DNA of 64,000 bases from Isurus oxyrinchus (Eukaryota). Location of the stretch: NCBI GenBank assembly GCA_026770705.1, contig JANJGN010000056.1, positions 1,674,001-1,738,000 of the forward strand, in the 5' to 3' direction. Below are positions 61,801-64,000 of this stretch, one piece after another (within the stretch, counting starts at the first letter, position 1; the number at the start of each line of letters is the position of its first letter). The notes beneath the pieces were generated by a model. It was not told the DNA's origin, ran no database searches, and worked only from the letters and a program-made list of their open reading frames with translations. Made by a program: the position numbers and the translations under genes.

Positions 61801-64000
61801 GACTGATTAAGTTCTAAATGTCTTAAGCGTTAACGTTCTTTTAAAATAAAATAATATTTGTTACATTTACAGTTAATTAAACATTAATCTTGACTTTTTT
61901 TCCTTTGATTTCTTTCTCTCAGTGCAAGGTGTCCACTTATAGTACCCACAGAAATTGTTCCGCGACGAGTTTGAGCAAGTTACCGCGGCTGATGAATTCT
62001 TTTTCTGTTTGTTCTCTTCTTCTAACCACCAGCAGGAAGGCATTTTTAAGGAACTGATCGCAGAAAATGTAGGAATTCATGATCCAGTGAGACAGAGTGA
62101 ACATGGTCTTCTGAAATCACAATCGTGCACAAATTTATTCCTGTTGTTTCAGGATGTAACAAGCAGGAGGAGGAAAGAAGGACTATTGGATGCAGTTTTT
62201 ATTCGAATTACTAAAACGTATCTGATACGTTTTCAAGAAAAATAAAGGTTATTACACATGCTACATCGTCATGGTTTTAGTGGAACATTGCACCATGTCT
62301 AACGGGTGGCTTAACAGTGAAAATAGTCGACATAACTGGCCTGAGGCAAAGCTGGCAAACTTTATCTATAGGGGTGAGGGTGCTATAGGGGTCAGTCCAA
62401 TGGCCTCATGTTTACCCAAACCGCTTTACAATGTTGACTTGGATAAAGAAATAGAGTGTAGTGTGGTGAACTTTACTGACGATTTAAACGTGCATTCCAA
62501 AATAATTTGAATCCATTGCGAAGAGTCTGCAACAAATGTTAAGTGCTTGTGCAAAAATAATAAAAATCAGGTTGCAGGGGAACAGAGCGGAATGTCACAT
62601 TGTCACTTTGGTAGGGATAATAGAGGCTGAAGATTTAAAGGTGAATAAAGAGTTCTGTCTGTTGCAGCAGAAGGGCTTTAGATGTTCTGGAACACGAATC
62701 GTGAAGAGTTAGCATACAGGTAGAGTAGGTAGAAAGACCTGGATATTATTGTAAAATGAATTGTATATAAAAAAAGGATAGTTTCCTTTTTATCCACGAG
62801 TTGTTGTAACCGGAAATGCACAAATTTAATGGGAGGTGGAAGCAGATTCAATAACACCTTTAAAAAAGTTTAATTGTAAAAATACTTGAAGGTGAATGGT
62901 TTGTCGGGTGGTGCATGTCGAGCAGGTTGGAAAGAGGTGTGATCGGATAGTTCTGTCAGAGAGATGTTACAGGCACTGTTGTACAATTGCCTGTTCTGCT
63001 GTATGTTTCCTTCGTTAATCATGGACAGTAATTCTCTAAATGGCCTCCAGTGGAAACATGACTCAAATTGGAGCTTTTGTTTATGAATAAACGACTTGGT
63101 TTGGCGACTCGTGTAATCTTTGATTCCAGTGGCTGTTGGACTTAGTTAATGAACTGTACATTCACCAAGGAAAAATTGTGCCACTACCCACCGTTTGTGT
63201 TTGATTGGTAAACACAGAATACTCCCTGAATTCATATAAAGGGCTTATATGCTCCATTCATTTGATTGTTTCTCTGAGCAACTGAGTGTAACGTGGGGAA
63301 AGCACTGCTCTTGCTCCTTGGTGTCCTGATACTGATGAATCCGTTTAATGCTGTATCCATGTGCTTTGCTCATGTTTTCGAAGGCCAGTATATTTCGCAG
63401 TAGTCAATATCTAGAACCATTCATAAGAACAGGATGAGGTAATTTGCCCCCTCATATTTGTTTCCAAAATTGGCTCATTGCTGATGAGCACCCTAACTTC
63501 ACCAAAGTTCATTAGCACTGCAACTCTCAATATATTTTTTAACCTGAGAAAAACTCTATTGATCTCAGTGATGCGTTTTTTTGTAAAACAAAGGACTTTG
63601 CTTATCTTTAAGTTATCCCAATAACTTCAGCTTTTACTTCTCCTGCAATGAACTGCACTTGCCAGCACCTATTCCCAATTCTCATCTGCATGGAGCTTCA
63701 CGGCTAAATCACCTAACGATACAGGGTTACTTTTTTAAACCTTTATAGCAACAAGTTCTGTCTCACCAACATATTCCTGCGCTCCCTAGGTTTCCTCTTG
63801 ATTGCTTGCTTCAGCTTGTTTATGTGACATCAAATAGCGAACGTGAAGTCATGTGCCCCCAGTTTAATACTGGGAAGACTTAAGCCATGATTTCCAAAGA
63901 ATGGACTATAGTTTATTGCCTTGCTTCCAATGACTGCCCTGTCCCAATTGTATGTGTGAAGTGAAGTGACACTGGTTTCAGCGTTGGTGAAGTAATTCCT

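Larger units (their letters stand above)
36650..62730 (+). repeat. Segmental duplication unit B
   Basis: Tandem paralog of unit A, with unit-specific indels. Confidence 0.9.

Noticed and set aside
1-64000. Prokaryotic systems (CRISPR arrays, operons), rRNA or tRNA genes
   Set aside because: No regular repeat-spacer array, rRNA or tRNA structure seen; the sequence is intron- and retroelement-rich vertebrate DNA.

Overview
This is eukaryotic (vertebrate) DNA, most likely a shark or other elasmobranch, judged from the decayed CR1/L2-type LINEs, the Penelope element and the receptor family present. The window is a birth-and-death cluster of orphan class A GPCR genes of the GPR139/GPR142-like type. 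Two intact + strand genes each have a 70-nt first coding exon, a ~9 kb phase-1 intron and a long second exon. Gene A is join(15391..15460,24396..25300), 324 aa; gene B is join(40327..40396,49723..50630), 325 aa. They sit in a ~25-27 kb tandem duplication (A ~9850-32600, B ~36650-62730). A third, inverted and internally deleted copy (C, 1-6737) keeps only ECL2-TM7. Two more divergent receptor pseudogenes lie at 11138-11430 and 56335-57210, and a possible orphan first exon lies near 34920-35215. Both intact genes share a very conserved TATA promoter and a predicted non-coding first exon. Paralog differences concentrate on the likely ligand-binding faces of TM5-TM7. A 5'-truncated Penelope retroelement (RT + GIY-YIG, with a degenerate hammerhead) bounds the inverted copy. 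Most short ORFs in the track are decayed-retroelement noise. All alignments were made by eye.
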